NCBI GenBank assembly: GCA_019752125.1
Contig: JAIEMM010000006.1
Location: 6,120 to 70,119, forward strand
DNA length: 64,000 nt
Direction: 5' to 3'
Source: Patescibacteria group bacterium
Lineage (GTDB): Bacteria; Patescibacteriota; Minisyncoccia; Phycocordibacterales; SBAW01
Shown: positions 18,656 to 27,504 of the stretch, piece by piece
How positions within the stretch are numbered: the stretch's first letter is position 1
Layout of the letters: each line of letters opens with the position of its first letter
Notes under the pieces: generated by a model
The model's input: only the letters and a program-made list of their open reading frames with translations
The model's database searches: none
Told to the model about the DNA's origin: nothing
Made by a program: the position numbers and the translations under genes

Positions 18656-20482
18656 ATGGCACTTTTTGGACTCATAAAATCAAAAGACGAGGGTCAGGTG
18701 CCTGCAATGGCGCCCGTCATGCCTGAGCAGATCTATCGCCAAGGCGTATTGGAATTGCAGGACGTTATCGCACCTTCAGCGCTTAAAATCACCTCTCGCG
18801 AGCTTAATCTTGGCGACAAAATCGCACGAACATTTTTTGTTATGTCATATCCGCGCACGTTGGTGGATTCGTGGTTTGCTCCAATAATTAACCTCGACCG
18901 CGTTCTCGATATTTCTGTGTTTATCCATCCGATAGACTCAGCTGAAATCTTGAAGAAATTCCAGAAAAAAGTAGCTGAGGTGCAAAGCCAGATTATTTCT
19001 CGTGAAGACAAGGGCCTTGTGCGTGACCCTATCTTGGACACTGCCTACAGAGACTTGGAAGATTTGCGCGACCAGCTCCAACAAGCAGAGGAACGTATTT
19101 TCGATGTTGGCGTTTATATAACGGTATACGGCAAAACAATAGAGGAACTTGATAAGACCGAGAGTGAAATAAAGTCGATGCTTGAGAGCCGTCTTATTTA
19201 TGTAAAACCTGCATTATTCCAACAAGTACAAGGTTTTAGGAGCACTCTCCCGCTTGCAACTGATGAACTAAACGTCAATTCAAAACTAAATTCTTCGCCG
19301 CTCTCCTCTATATTCCCGTTCGTGTCCTTCGATCTCACATCTGACAAAGGCATCTTGTATGGTGTGAACCGCCACAACGCATCACTGGTGTTGTTCGATC
19401 GCTTTAGTTTGGAAAACTATAACTCGGTAATTTTTGCAAAATCAGGTTCTGGTAAATCATACGCAACAAAGCTGGAAATTCTGCGCACACTTATGTTCGA
19501 TACAGAAGTAATTGTTATCGACCCAGAGCGCGAGTACGAATTTTTGAGCCAGACTGTCGGCGGGCGCTACTTCAACATTTCACTTACATCAGAACACCAC
19601 ATTAACCCTTTCGATTTGCCTATACCTCGCGAGGATGAAAACCCTGCAGATATTCTCCGCTCAAATATTGTGTCCCTTGTTGGGCTGTTCCGTATTATGC
19701 TCGGAGGCCTTAGCCCTGAAGAAGATGCGATTATAGACAAAGCGATCACTGAAACCTACGCGCTTAAAGACATTACTGTCGACTCTAACTTCGCTGAAAT
19801 AGAGCCCCCTCTTCTTTCTGACTTCGAAACAGTGCTTTCCGGCATGGATGGCAGCGAATCCTTGGTGCAGCGACTTTCTAAATATACAAAAGGTACGTGG
19901 TCTGGGTTTATTAACCAAGCAACAAACGTCGACATTAATAAAAAGTTCGTTGTGTTCTCCGTTCGTGACATGGAAGACGACCTTAAACCGGTCGCCATGT
20001 ATATCATTACGCACTATATATGGAACGCGGTGCGCAAAAACCTCAAGAAACGTCTCCTTGTTATCGACGAAGCGTGGTGGATGATGAAATCTGAGGACAC
20101 AGCGTCCTTCTTATACAGCATGGCAAAACGCGGTCGTAAATATTACCTAGGCCTTGCAACTATTACCCAAGACGTTGATGACTTCTTAAAGTCTCCGTAC
20201 GGGCTGCCGATGATCACCAACTCATCTATCCAAATATTGCTCAAGCAGTCGCCAACAACAATAGATAACCTTCAAAAAACCTTTAATCTCTCAGATGAGG
20301 AGAAGTATTTGTTGCTTGAGTCGGACGTAGGGGAGGGGATATTCTTTGCTGGCCTTAAACACGTTGCTATAAAAGTGATTGCCTCGTACACAGAGGACCA
20401 GATAATCACCTCCGACCCGTCACAAGTGCTCGCTATCCGCAAACAGCAAGCTGACGCTGCTGAAGGCCGAGGTACAATATAG
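18656..20482 (+). CDS. virB4: VirB4/TraE-family conjugal-transfer ATPase, C-terminal AAA ATPase domain
   Basis: Walker A (FAKSGSGKSYATK), Walker B (LLVIDEAWWMM) and the conserved VirB4 C-terminal blocks (…GLATITQDVDDF…, …IQILLKQ…). Confidence 0.8.
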   Translation: MALFGLIKSKDEGQVPAMAPVMPEQIYRQGVLELQDVIAPSALKITSRELNLGDKIARTFFVMSYPRTLVDSWFAPIINLDRVLDISVFIHPIDSAEILKKFQKKVAEVQSQIISREDKGLVRDPILDTAYRDLEDLRDQLQQAEERIFDVGVYITVYGKTIEELDKTESEIKSMLESRLIYVKPALFQQVQGFRSTLPLATDELNVNSKLNSSPLSSIFPFVSFDLTSDKGILYGVNRHNASLVLFDRFSLENYNSVIFAKSGSGKSYATKLEILRTLMFDTEVIVIDPEREYEFLSQTVGGRYFNISLTSEHHINPFDLPIPREDENPADILRSNIVSLVGLFRIMLGGLSPEEDAIIDKAITETYALKDITVDSNFAEIEPPLLSDFETVLSGMDGSESLVQRLSKYTKGTWSGFINQATNVDINKKFVVFSVRDMEDDLKPVAMYIITHYIWNAVRKNLKKRLLVIDEAWWMMKSEDTASFLYSMAKRGRKYYLGLATITQDVDDFLKSPYGLPMITNSSIQILLKQSPTTIDNLQKTFNLSDEEKYLLLESDVGEGIFFAGLKHVAIKVIASYTEDQIITSDPSQVLAIRKQQADAAEGRGTI

Positions 20483-20484
20483 CC

Positions 20485-21165
20485 ATGCATGCGGTGCGCA
20501 ACACGTTGCTAATTCTCTTTGCAATCCTCTTGGACTTGCTACAGGCAGGCATCTCTGCGGGTTTATTTTTCATGGGTGCTTTCCCAGGCACAGTTGGGGG
20601 CGCCACAGGAGGCTGTATTCTTGGCGCAAAAGTTGCGGGCCAAATCGGCTGCGCAATTGGTGGAGCGGTAGCTGGAGTTGCTGGAACTGCTCTAAACGCT
20701 GCTGCCGCAGCAACCCTTCCTTTTGCAATTGGACTTGGGTTTGCGGTAAATTTTTGCCTCGACGTAACTTTAGGGCTTGTTCTTACAGCATTCCTCATCT
20801 GGCTAGGTATGTATTACAAAGGAATTGGTATCACGGGCTTTATTGTTGAACTTGTCCCAGGGCTTGCTATTGTCCCAGGCTGGACAGCTATGACCATAGC
20901 GTGCGTCGTGCGAAAAACTGCTGAAGAGAAGCTGCTCGCAAGTTCCTCAGGAGGCTTGTTTACTACGTTTATTACAGCTGGGGTAGCGGGAGCTGGCACT
21001 TTTGCAACGTTTGCAATCAATCAGGGCACTGCGCGCAGAGCTCGAGGAATAGATATGTTTGCACAGGAGGAACAAGTCTCCCGTGATTCTGAGAAAAAAC
21101 AATTTGTTTCAACTGAACTGAAAAATATCGATGGTATCCGACCTAAAACATCATATGCAGCGTAA
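20485..21165 (+). CDS. Gly/Ala-rich polytopic membrane protein (T4SS-like operon)
   Basis: 226 aa with 4–5 hydrophobic helices separated by Gly-rich stretches (GGATGGCILGAKVAGQIGCAIGGAVAGVAG). Tight spacing: 3 nt after virB4. Confidence 0.5.
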   Translation: MHAVRNTLLILFAILLDLLQAGISAGLFFMGAFPGTVGGATGGCILGAKVAGQIGCAIGGAVAGVAGTALNAAAAATLPFAIGLGFAVNFCLDVTLGLVLTAFLIWLGMYYKGIGITGFIVELVPGLAIVPGWTAMTIACVVRKTAEEKLLASSSGGLFTTFITAGVAGAGTFATFAINQGTARRARGIDMFAQEEQVSRDSEKKQFVSTELKNIDGIRPKTSYAA

Positions 21166-22186
21166 ATTTTTTATACTTCTTGCAGTACTTTTCTTGAGCG
21201 TAGCTCCGCCAGCTGGCAGAATGCATGCTCAAACCTCGTTACCAGACCCAGTGCAGTACACTGTCATACCCGAGACTCCAGGACCTAACCAACAAGTAAG
21301 TATCGAGGTAAGTGGGGTGGGGACGTTTTTGGGTAATGCCACTATTACCTGGCAAGTGAACGGAAAAACTGTTCCGGGGGCAACGGGCCGAACTTTTACC
21401 TTTACCACTGGAGGTATTGGTACACCTAGCACAATCCATCTGACTATAAATTCAGCGACGCAAGGACTCATCTCTCACGATTTTGTCTTTAACCCTTCTG
21501 TTATTAACTTAGTCTGGGAAGCAGATACCTCTACGCCGCTTTTGTATAAAGGTAAGGCGCTGTATAGCGCAGGCTCTGGCCTGCGTGTTGTGGCTTTCCC
21601 AACAGTGATGATCGGAAAGGCACTTGCGCCTGCAAGCAAACTTTCATTCCAGTGGTCACGAAACGACACCCCGGACCCTTCTTCATCTGGGTTAGGGAAA
21701 AATATATTTTCATTCTCTGGGGATCAGTTAAATACTGAGGAAAATGTTGCAGTTGATGTATATTCCAGCGGAACAAAAGTAGGGCAGGGGCGCATCACAA
21801 TACCGGCCTCAAAACCCGCGGTTATTATGTATTCTGTGGATCCTCTTCGTGGAACATTACTTGGTACAGCATTTCAAACCGGCTTCGCGCTTCCTCAAAC
21901 AGAGACGACTCTGAAAGCAGAACCATACTTCTTTTCAAATACGAGCTTCGCGCGCGGGCAGATAAAATATAACTGGTCATTGGGCGGGCAAGAGACCACG
22001 GGCCCCGATGCCGCAAAAGGTTTACTTACCCTTAGACAAACTGGGTCTGGCAGCGGCTCTGCAAATATTTCTGTAGATGTGCAAAATAATGAGAGTGACA
22101 AACTAGTTCAAGCAGCCAGCATCAACCTCAACCTTCTGTTCGGACCACAAACTGGCTCATCCATCCTTAACCTCTTTGGCTTATGA
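21131..22186 (+). CDS. secreted hypothetical protein (signal peptide, repeat-like Ig-type content)
   Basis: N-terminal signal peptide (FFILLAVLFLSVAPPAGRMHAQ), then all-beta-like Ser/Thr/Gly-rich sequence. Overlaps the upstream gene by 35 nt and the downstream gene by 4 nt. Confidence 0.5.
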   Translation: MVSDLKHHMQRKFFILLAVLFLSVAPPAGRMHAQTSLPDPVQYTVIPETPGPNQQVSIEVSGVGTFLGNATITWQVNGKTVPGATGRTFTFTTGGIGTPSTIHLTINSATQGLISHDFVFNPSVINLVWEADTSTPLLYKGKALYSAGSGLRVVAFPTVMIGKALAPASKLSFQWSRNDTPDPSSSGLGKNIFSFSGDQLNTEENVAVDVYSSGTKVGQGRITIPASKPAVIMYSVDPLRGTLLGTAFQTGFALPQTETTLKAEPYFFSNTSFARGQIKYNWSLGGQETTGPDAAKGLLTLRQTGSGSGSANISVDVQNNESDKLVQAASINLNLLFGPQTGSSILNLFGL

Positions 22187-22869
22187 AAAGAAATTTCCTT
22201 ATAGTAGGCATTCTCACCTTGAGCCTTCTAGGTACTTTTACTGTACCAACAGTGAGTGCCCAAACAGCCCCCGGTTGTTATACAAATGACGAACGTCGTA
22301 CATACCAAGGTATGCCGGACGCAAATGGTTCCTGTGCCAAGTACCCAGACTCATCGCTTATGAGTTCTAGTGGTAGACCTGGGGCTCCTGTAGATAATGG
22401 TCTTTCTTACACGCCCCTGGAACCAATACCCGGCCAAAGTAGTAGTCAACCTAATTTCTGCGAATTGTTAAATATTTTGTTTAAAGTGCTTATCTATCTA
22501 GGAGGGATGGTGGCTGTCTTATTCCTAGTACTTGGTGGTATCGCCTATATGGTTTCAGAAGTGGTGGACAAACGTTCTGCAGCACGCGAGCGAATAAAAT
22601 CATCCGTGATTGGGCTACTTATACTTCTCTCTTCGTATCTCATACTATTCACCGTAAATCCAAATCTCGTAAACGCATGTAATCTTATCAGCCCAACTAC
22701 TACTGGCGTAATATCTGCGACACCTGACCCAGCAACAAGTCTTGTTGCTGGATGCACAAGTAACGGCGGGAGAATATATCTGTACAGTAATTGCGCGGAC
22801 CTAATTAAATATCAGGCTCCTGGGAAAACATGTGAGAACATTTCAACGAACATGTATTGCGTAAAATAA
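22183..22869 (+). CDS. candidate VirB2/TrbC-like pilin with Cys-containing C-terminal extension
   Basis: Signal peptide and a ~60-aa hydrophilic segment, then two hydrophobic helices separated by a short basic loop (…LIYLGGMVAVLFLVLGGIAYMV-SEVVDKRSAARERIKSS-VIGLLILLSSYLILFTV). This is the canonical T4SS pilin topology. It is followed by an ~80-aa C-terminal domain with 4 Cys. Confidence 0.4.
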   Translation: MKRNFLIVGILTLSLLGTFTVPTVSAQTAPGCYTNDERRTYQGMPDANGSCAKYPDSSLMSSSGRPGAPVDNGLSYTPLEPIPGQSSSQPNFCELLNILFKVLIYLGGMVAVLFLVLGGIAYMVSEVVDKRSAARERIKSSVIGLLILLSSYLILFTVNPNLVNACNLISPTTTGVISATPDPATSLVAGCTSNGGRIYLYSNCADLIKYQAPGKTCENISTNMYCVK

Positions 22870-24092
22870 ATATGTTTAAAAAAATTACCATTTATATATT
22901 CTCAGGGCTCGCCTTACTTGCTGTCGGGGTTGGGGTGTTTTTCTTTTTCCAAACAAACAAACAAACCACTGGGCAAACTTCCTCTGGTGGGCTCTTTGGC
23001 TTCGGAAGCACTGTGGCAAATGTTCCGGGCGGGGGAGACACCCCAAATACACCGCAAGCGGGTATATCAACGCTGCAGAATATATTTAAAATCGCAGACG
23101 GCCCTATTGCCGGGGCAGCGTTTACACAAACCTTTAATCCAACAACAACACTGGCTCGCTACGTGCGAGCAGATAACGGCCACGTGCTTGATATACCTAT
23201 AGGAGTATCTGGGGCTGTAGCACGCGCTGTATCGAACGTCACTGTTCCAGGAATTACATCCTCAGTCTGGACAACATTCGGCAGCTCAACAGTTATGCAG
23301 TATGTGGACTCAGGCATTGTTAAAACCATGTATGTGGCCTTTGCCACCACTAGTTCAACCGCCACCAACTCCGCAGTAACTCCATCTCGTATACGTTTCC
23401 TCCCTAACGGCATTGTGTCGCTCGCCCTCGACCCAAAAGATACGCGCGTCGCATATCTACTCTTTAACAGTAGCGGTGGCGTGGATGGATATATTTCTAA
23501 CCTCGACGGTACGAACGTAAAGAATGTATTTTCATTACCTCTATCCCAAGCAACCCTCTCGTGGCCTTCACCGACGACCCTCCTCGTCCAAACAAAAAGC
23601 GCCTTTAGTGTTCCTGGTATTGCGTACTCAGTAAACGTGGCCACTGGTGCACTGTCTCCACTCCTGTACGCACCGGGCCTTTCTTCAACAGCAAATAAAA
23701 CGTTTACAAAAGTTGTGTACCAAACAAGCGCAGGCAATAAAACAACAACCTACTCCCACGACATTGCCACAGGTAAAGACGCACCTCTTGCAAATAATCC
23801 ACTACCTGAAAAATGTGTCTGGAGTACGCTTCCAGCCACCGACGCATACTGTGCATTACCGCTGGATGCAGTTTCTCCAAACTATATAGACCTGTGGCAC
23901 CAAGGCTTGGTCCAAACAGCAGATGCAATTGTTACTCTTGATACAAACACTGGTGTAGGAACTGTTATCACACTGCCAGGAGATGGGGGAGCTAGCGCGG
24001 GCATAGAACAACTTGTGCTCTCGCCAGATGGAAAATACTTAATGTTTATTACACGTGGCGACCAATCTCTCTGGGGAGTAAAGCTGCGCTAA
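22857..24092 (+). CDS. membrane-anchored beta-propeller-like protein (last gene of operon)
   Basis: N-terminal TM (ITIYIFSGLALLAVGVGVFFFF), Gly-rich linker, then beta-rich repeats ending LVLSPDGKYLMFITRGDQSLWGV, which is TolB/WD40-like. Confidence 0.5.
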   Translation: MRKINMFKKITIYIFSGLALLAVGVGVFFFFQTNKQTTGQTSSGGLFGFGSTVANVPGGGDTPNTPQAGISTLQNIFKIADGPIAGAAFTQTFNPTTTLARYVRADNGHVLDIPIGVSGAVARAVSNVTVPGITSSVWTTFGSSTVMQYVDSGIVKTMYVAFATTSSTATNSAVTPSRIRFLPNGIVSLALDPKDTRVAYLLFNSSGGVDGYISNLDGTNVKNVFSLPLSQATLSWPSPTTLLVQTKSAFSVPGIAYSVNVATGALSPLLYAPGLSSTANKTFTKVVYQTSAGNKTTTYSHDIATGKDAPLANNPLPEKCVWSTLPATDAYCALPLDAVSPNYIDLWHQGLVQTADAIVTLDTNTGVGTVITLPGDGGASAGIEQLVLSPDGKYLMFITRGDQSLWGVKLR

Positions 24093-24095
24093 AAA

Positions 24096-24647
24096 CTATT
24101 TCTTGCGAGACGCGAGAACTACGTGGCGGAATTTCCCTTCGCCCTCTGAACGAGTTTCAACTTCAGCGTCATCCGCAAAAAGCTCGTGCACAACAAGACG
24201 TTCGTACGAACTCATAGGTTCCATTTCTACATCATGTTTAAAAAGACGTACACGCTGTGCAAGCGTGCGGGCGTTAGCGCGCACCTGCTCCATCTGCTGT
24301 TCGTGATAGTTGTTGAAGTCTATAAGAAATTGACCTGCGTCCTCTCCATGCTTTTTTTCAACTATGCGACGCGCAAGGACTTGAAGCGAGCGGAGACCTT
24401 CTGCGTTGTTGTTTAAAAGATGTTCAGCTTCAGACGAGGTAACAGAAACGACGGTACGTGCGCCTTGCGATACAGAGATATCGCTAAACGAGAGGCCAAG
24501 ATGGCCGAGGAAGGTTCCTACAAAAGACTTGAGTTCTTCGGCTTGCATAGAGCCACAATACTCCAAATAGCCCTGGCTATCAAACCCGCCTGCCGGACGG
24601 GCAGGTATTATGCTTTCTCGGCTGCCATTTGGCGCTGGATAAGCCAT
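24096..24647 (-). CDS. jag: Jag/SpoIIIJ-associated protein (KH + R3H domains)
   Basis: C-terminal R3H motif (YERLVVHELFADDAEVETRSEGEGKFRHVVL). Located directly downstream of yidC in the rnpA–yidC–jag arrangement. Confidence 0.8.
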   Translation of the reverse strand: MAYPAPNGSRESIIPARPAGGFDSQGYLEYCGSMQAEELKSFVGTFLGHLGLSFSDISVSQGARTVVSVTSSEAEHLLNNNAEGLRSLQVLARRIVEKKHGEDAGQFLIDFNNYHEQQMEQVRANARTLAQRVRLFKHDVEMEPMSSYERLVVHELFADDAEVETRSEGEGKFRHVVLASRKK

Positions 24648-25330
24648 TCTTGGCCCAAAGAGATAACACTGCCAGCAATGAAGTAAATACCAACAGCCGC
24701 CGGAACTGTATACGACACAACACCCATAAGGGTGGGGAGGAAGTAGAGCATCATCTGACGCTGCAGTTTTTGTGCGCGCTGCTTGTCACTTTCTTTTCCT
24801 GAAGACGGAGTGTCCATGCGTGTAAACGAGTATCGGACAACAAGATACTGAAGAACCGCTACAAGCACTGCTATTGGTATATTGTGTTGCGCCATCAAAT
24901 CTACAAGTCCAAAGAAGTTTGTAGCGATAACGGAAGGAGCATGAACGAACGAGTAGAGGAGGTCGGTTGCAATAGGATTAAGTCCTTCGTGGAAAAAAGC
25001 ATAGTAGAGCGCGATGAACACTGGTATCTGCACGAGTAGCGAGAGAAATGCGCTGATTGGGCGAACTTTGTGTTTACGGAACAAGTCCATCGTGAGCTCT
25101 CCGCGCTTTTGTGCATCGTCTTTATATTTTGTATTAATCTCATCAAGCTCACCTTGGAGCGCCTGCATACCCATCTGAGTGCGAATATTTGAAGCAAACA
25201 AAGGATAAAATATGACGCGTATGATCAGCGTCACTGCAATAATCGCAAGACCAACATCACCAGCTGGCATTATGCCGATCAAGAAAATAAATGTGTTGTA
25301 GAACGGGTCGATGAGAAGAGTGTGGAACAT
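24608..25330 (-). CDS. yidC: membrane protein insertase YidC/Oxa1 (short Gram-positive/CPR type)
   Basis: Five-TM YidC core with the conserved (…MQALQGELDEINTKYKDD…KHKVRP…) region. Its start is 4 nt downstream of the rnpA stop. Confidence 0.9.
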   Translation of the reverse strand: MFHTLLIDPFYNTFIFLIGIMPAGDVGLAIIAVTLIIRVIFYPLFASNIRTQMGMQALQGELDEINTKYKDDAQKRGELTMDLFRKHKVRPISAFLSLLVQIPVFIALYYAFFHEGLNPIATDLLYSFVHAPSVIATNFFGLVDLMAQHNIPIAVLVAVLQYLVVRYSFTRMDTPSSGKESDKQRAQKLQRQMMLYFLPTLMGVVSYTVPAAVGIYFIAGSVISLGQEWLIQRQMAAEKA

Positions 25331-25333
25331 AGG

Positions 25334-25642
25334 TTAGTTTTTTAACAATACCACTAAATCGTTTATGAACGCTGGCGTGAGCGGGTCTGCAGGAACTTTC
25401 TGAATAAAAATAACTGCAGTGCCTGTACCTTTATATGAAGACAATGCTCGGTATAGTGCACGACGTAAACGATTTCGCTCTACTGCCTTCTTTGCAACTT
25501 TTTTAGATACCACTGCAGAGGCGCGTAAGGGAGCGTTTCCTGCAACATACTTTGCAGAGAGTAGGGAAGCGCGGCGTGAGCGGCCTGCTGTCATCACATC
25601 TTTAACTTCCCGGGCAGACAAACGCCTGCGTTTTGGGAGCAT
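25334..25642 (-). CDS. rnpA: ribonuclease P protein component
   Basis: 102-aa basic protein with the RNase P RNR motif region (…KKAVERNRLRRALYRAL…). Located between rpmH and yidC. Confidence 0.85.
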   Translation of the reverse strand: MLPKRRRLSAREVKDVMTAGRSRRASLLSAKYVAGNAPLRASAVVSKKVAKKAVERNRLRRALYRALSSYKGTGTAVIFIQKVPADPLTPAFINDLVVLLKN

Positions 25643-25655
25643 AGTAGTAGTTTAA

Positions 25656-25790
25656 TTAAACCGAAACTTTTGAGCGGCCCTTGCGGCGGCGGCGCTGCAT
25701 GGTTTTAACACCTCCTGGGGTAGCCGAGCGTTTTAGGAAACCGTGCGAACGTGCGCGTTTGCGCTTTTTTGGTTGGTAGGTCTGCGACAT
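25656..25790 (-). CDS. rpmH: 50S ribosomal protein L34 (44 aa)
   Basis: Hand translation of the minus strand gives MSQTYQPKKRKRARSHGFLKRSATPGGVKTMQRRRRKGRSKVSV, which matches the L34 consensus pattern. It is absent from the ORF track (<60 aa) and sits 14 nt upstream of rnpA. Confidence 0.8.
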   Translation of the reverse strand: MSQTYQPKKRKRARSHGFLKRSATPGGVKTMQRRRRKGRSKVSV

Positions 25791-25948
25791 AGATAACTAG
25801 GACAATACCACAACTGATTTGATAAGGAAACCCCGCCAAGGTCGGACCTTGTCAAACCACGCTTATGCACAGTTCTTCCACAATGTTCTGCACATATAGT
25901 TTTTTTGACGGCAAGGTCGTGACCGCGTATTCTTACACCACTAACCCC

Positions 25949-27295
25949 ATGACAACCACGAAAGAACTTTGGGAAAATGCGCTGGTTGAACTAGAGCTCA
26001 CCATTTCAAAACCCAATTTCAATACCTGGTTTAAGGATACACACATAGTTAAAGTCGAGGAGGGGACTGTTTACCTAGGAGTTCCGAGCCAATTTGCCCG
26101 TGACTGGCTTTCTACTAAGTTCCATAAGGATATTTTACGCTCACTCCGCAGCCTTTCAGACACGGTACGCTCTGTTGAATACATTATTTCGCGCGGTCCA
26201 AAGAAAAATACCGTTGAAGAAGCTCGTACGGTCCCCCCTCCTCCATCAGAATTACCCCTTGAGAGCATTCATCAAAAGACGAACCTAAACCCTCGTTTTA
26301 CCTTCTCTTCCCTTGTGGTTGGGCCATTTAATGAGCTTGCACACGCTGCAGCCCAAGCTGTTATCAGGAAACCGGGTATTGCGTACAACCCACTTCTTAT
26401 CTATGGGCCTACAGGCCTTGGGAAAACCCACCTTATACAGTCTATAGGGAACCATTTCCGCGTTACGACACCAGACCGAAAAGTTCAATATATGACCTCA
26501 GAGAAGTTCTCTATGGACTACGTTTCTTCGCTTCAGGCAGGAAAAGTCCAGTCTTTTAAGGAGAAATACCGCCAATATGATCTGCTCATCATGGATGATG
26601 TGCAGTTTTTGGCAAAAATGGAGAAGACTAAGGAGGAGTTCTTCCACCTATTCAACTTCCTCCACGATGGAAATAAGCAGCTTATTTTCACCTCCGACCA
26701 GCATCCAAACGTCATCCAAGGTCTTGAAGACCGTATGCGCTCTCGTCTTAACGCAGGAATGATAGTTTCAGTAACCCCACCAGACCACGAGTCTCGTCTT
26801 GCTATAGTTCGCGCAAAAGCGACTGCACACAACGTTATAATGCCTGACGAAGTATTGGAGTACCTTGCAACCACAGTTGAAGGTAACGTCCGCGAACTTG
26901 AAGGGGCATTAAATCTGCTTTTGATCCAGTTTGAGCTTAGAAACAACGAAACCCTTACCTTAAACGACGCAAAAACACTTCTTCGTGGTGCAGCAAGCGC
27001 AACAAAGAAGGCTGTGTCGGTTCAGGAGGTTGTACGCACTATATCTGGCTTCTATGGGGTAGAGGAGCATAGTATTTACGAAAAAACCCGAAGAAAGGAA
27101 GTTGTACGCCCACGCCAAGTCATTATGTTCTTACTCCGCGAAGATTTTAAGATTTCGTTCCCAACAATAGGGGAGAAATTGGGTGGAAGAGATCACACTA
27201 CTGTTATTCACTCGTGCGAAAAAATAAAAAATGACCTCCGCAGCGACAGTGTACTGAGCCAAGAACTCAGTCAGATCCGTCTCATGTTGAAATGA
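25949..27295 (+). CDS. dnaA: chromosomal replication initiator protein DnaA
   Basis: Start chosen at the internal Met (MTTTKELWENALVELE…, the typical DnaA N-terminus) within ORF 25865..27295. AAA+ Walker A (GPTGLGKTHL), Walker B (LLIMDDVQF) and C-terminal HTH (VVRPRQVIMFLLRE…GGRDHTTVIHSCEKI). Confidence 0.9.
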   Translation: MTTTKELWENALVELELTISKPNFNTWFKDTHIVKVEEGTVYLGVPSQFARDWLSTKFHKDILRSLRSLSDTVRSVEYIISRGPKKNTVEEARTVPPPPSELPLESIHQKTNLNPRFTFSSLVVGPFNELAHAAAQAVIRKPGIAYNPLLIYGPTGLGKTHLIQSIGNHFRVTTPDRKVQYMTSEKFSMDYVSSLQAGKVQSFKEKYRQYDLLIMDDVQFLAKMEKTKEEFFHLFNFLHDGNKQLIFTSDQHPNVIQGLEDRMRSRLNAGMIVSVTPPDHESRLAIVRAKATAHNVIMPDEVLEYLATTVEGNVRELEGALNLLLIQFELRNNETLTLNDAKTLLRGAASATKKAVSVQEVVRTISGFYGVEEHSIYEKTRRKEVVRPRQVIMFLLREDFKISFPTIGEKLGGRDHTTVIHSCEKIKNDLRSDSVLSQELSQIRLMLK

Positions 27296-27504
27296 TGTGG
27301 ATATGTGGTTGTATAAGAGGGGGTAAAGCGACTGAATAGCACATGAAGAAGTTCCCCCAGAAGCAGTTGTCCACAAAAGAAGTCCTTTACTACCAACAGG
27401 TAAATAGAATTATGAGTTCCTTGTATGAGCTTATAAAACAACGTTAAATTGAGTTATCCAGATATTCACAGCTATAGTAGTAATAAGGTTTTTATTAAAG
27501 AAAA
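27296..27504. promoter_or_regulatory. candidate oriC: dnaA–dnaN spacer with DnaA-box-like 9-mers and AT-rich stretch
   Basis: TGTGGATAT at 27297-27305 (reverse complement ATATCCACA), TTGTCCACA at 27367-27375, TTATCCAGA at 27455-27463, and an AT-rich run (tttttattaaagaaaaatg) next to the dnaN start. Confidence 0.45.

Noticed and set aside
25865-25948. Upstream 28-codon extension of dnaA
   Set aside because: The extension (MHSSSTMFCTYSFFDGKVVTAYSYTTNP) is not DnaA-like and would consume the rpmH–dnaA spacer containing a DnaA-box-like site. The Met at 25949 gives a canonical DnaA N-terminus.
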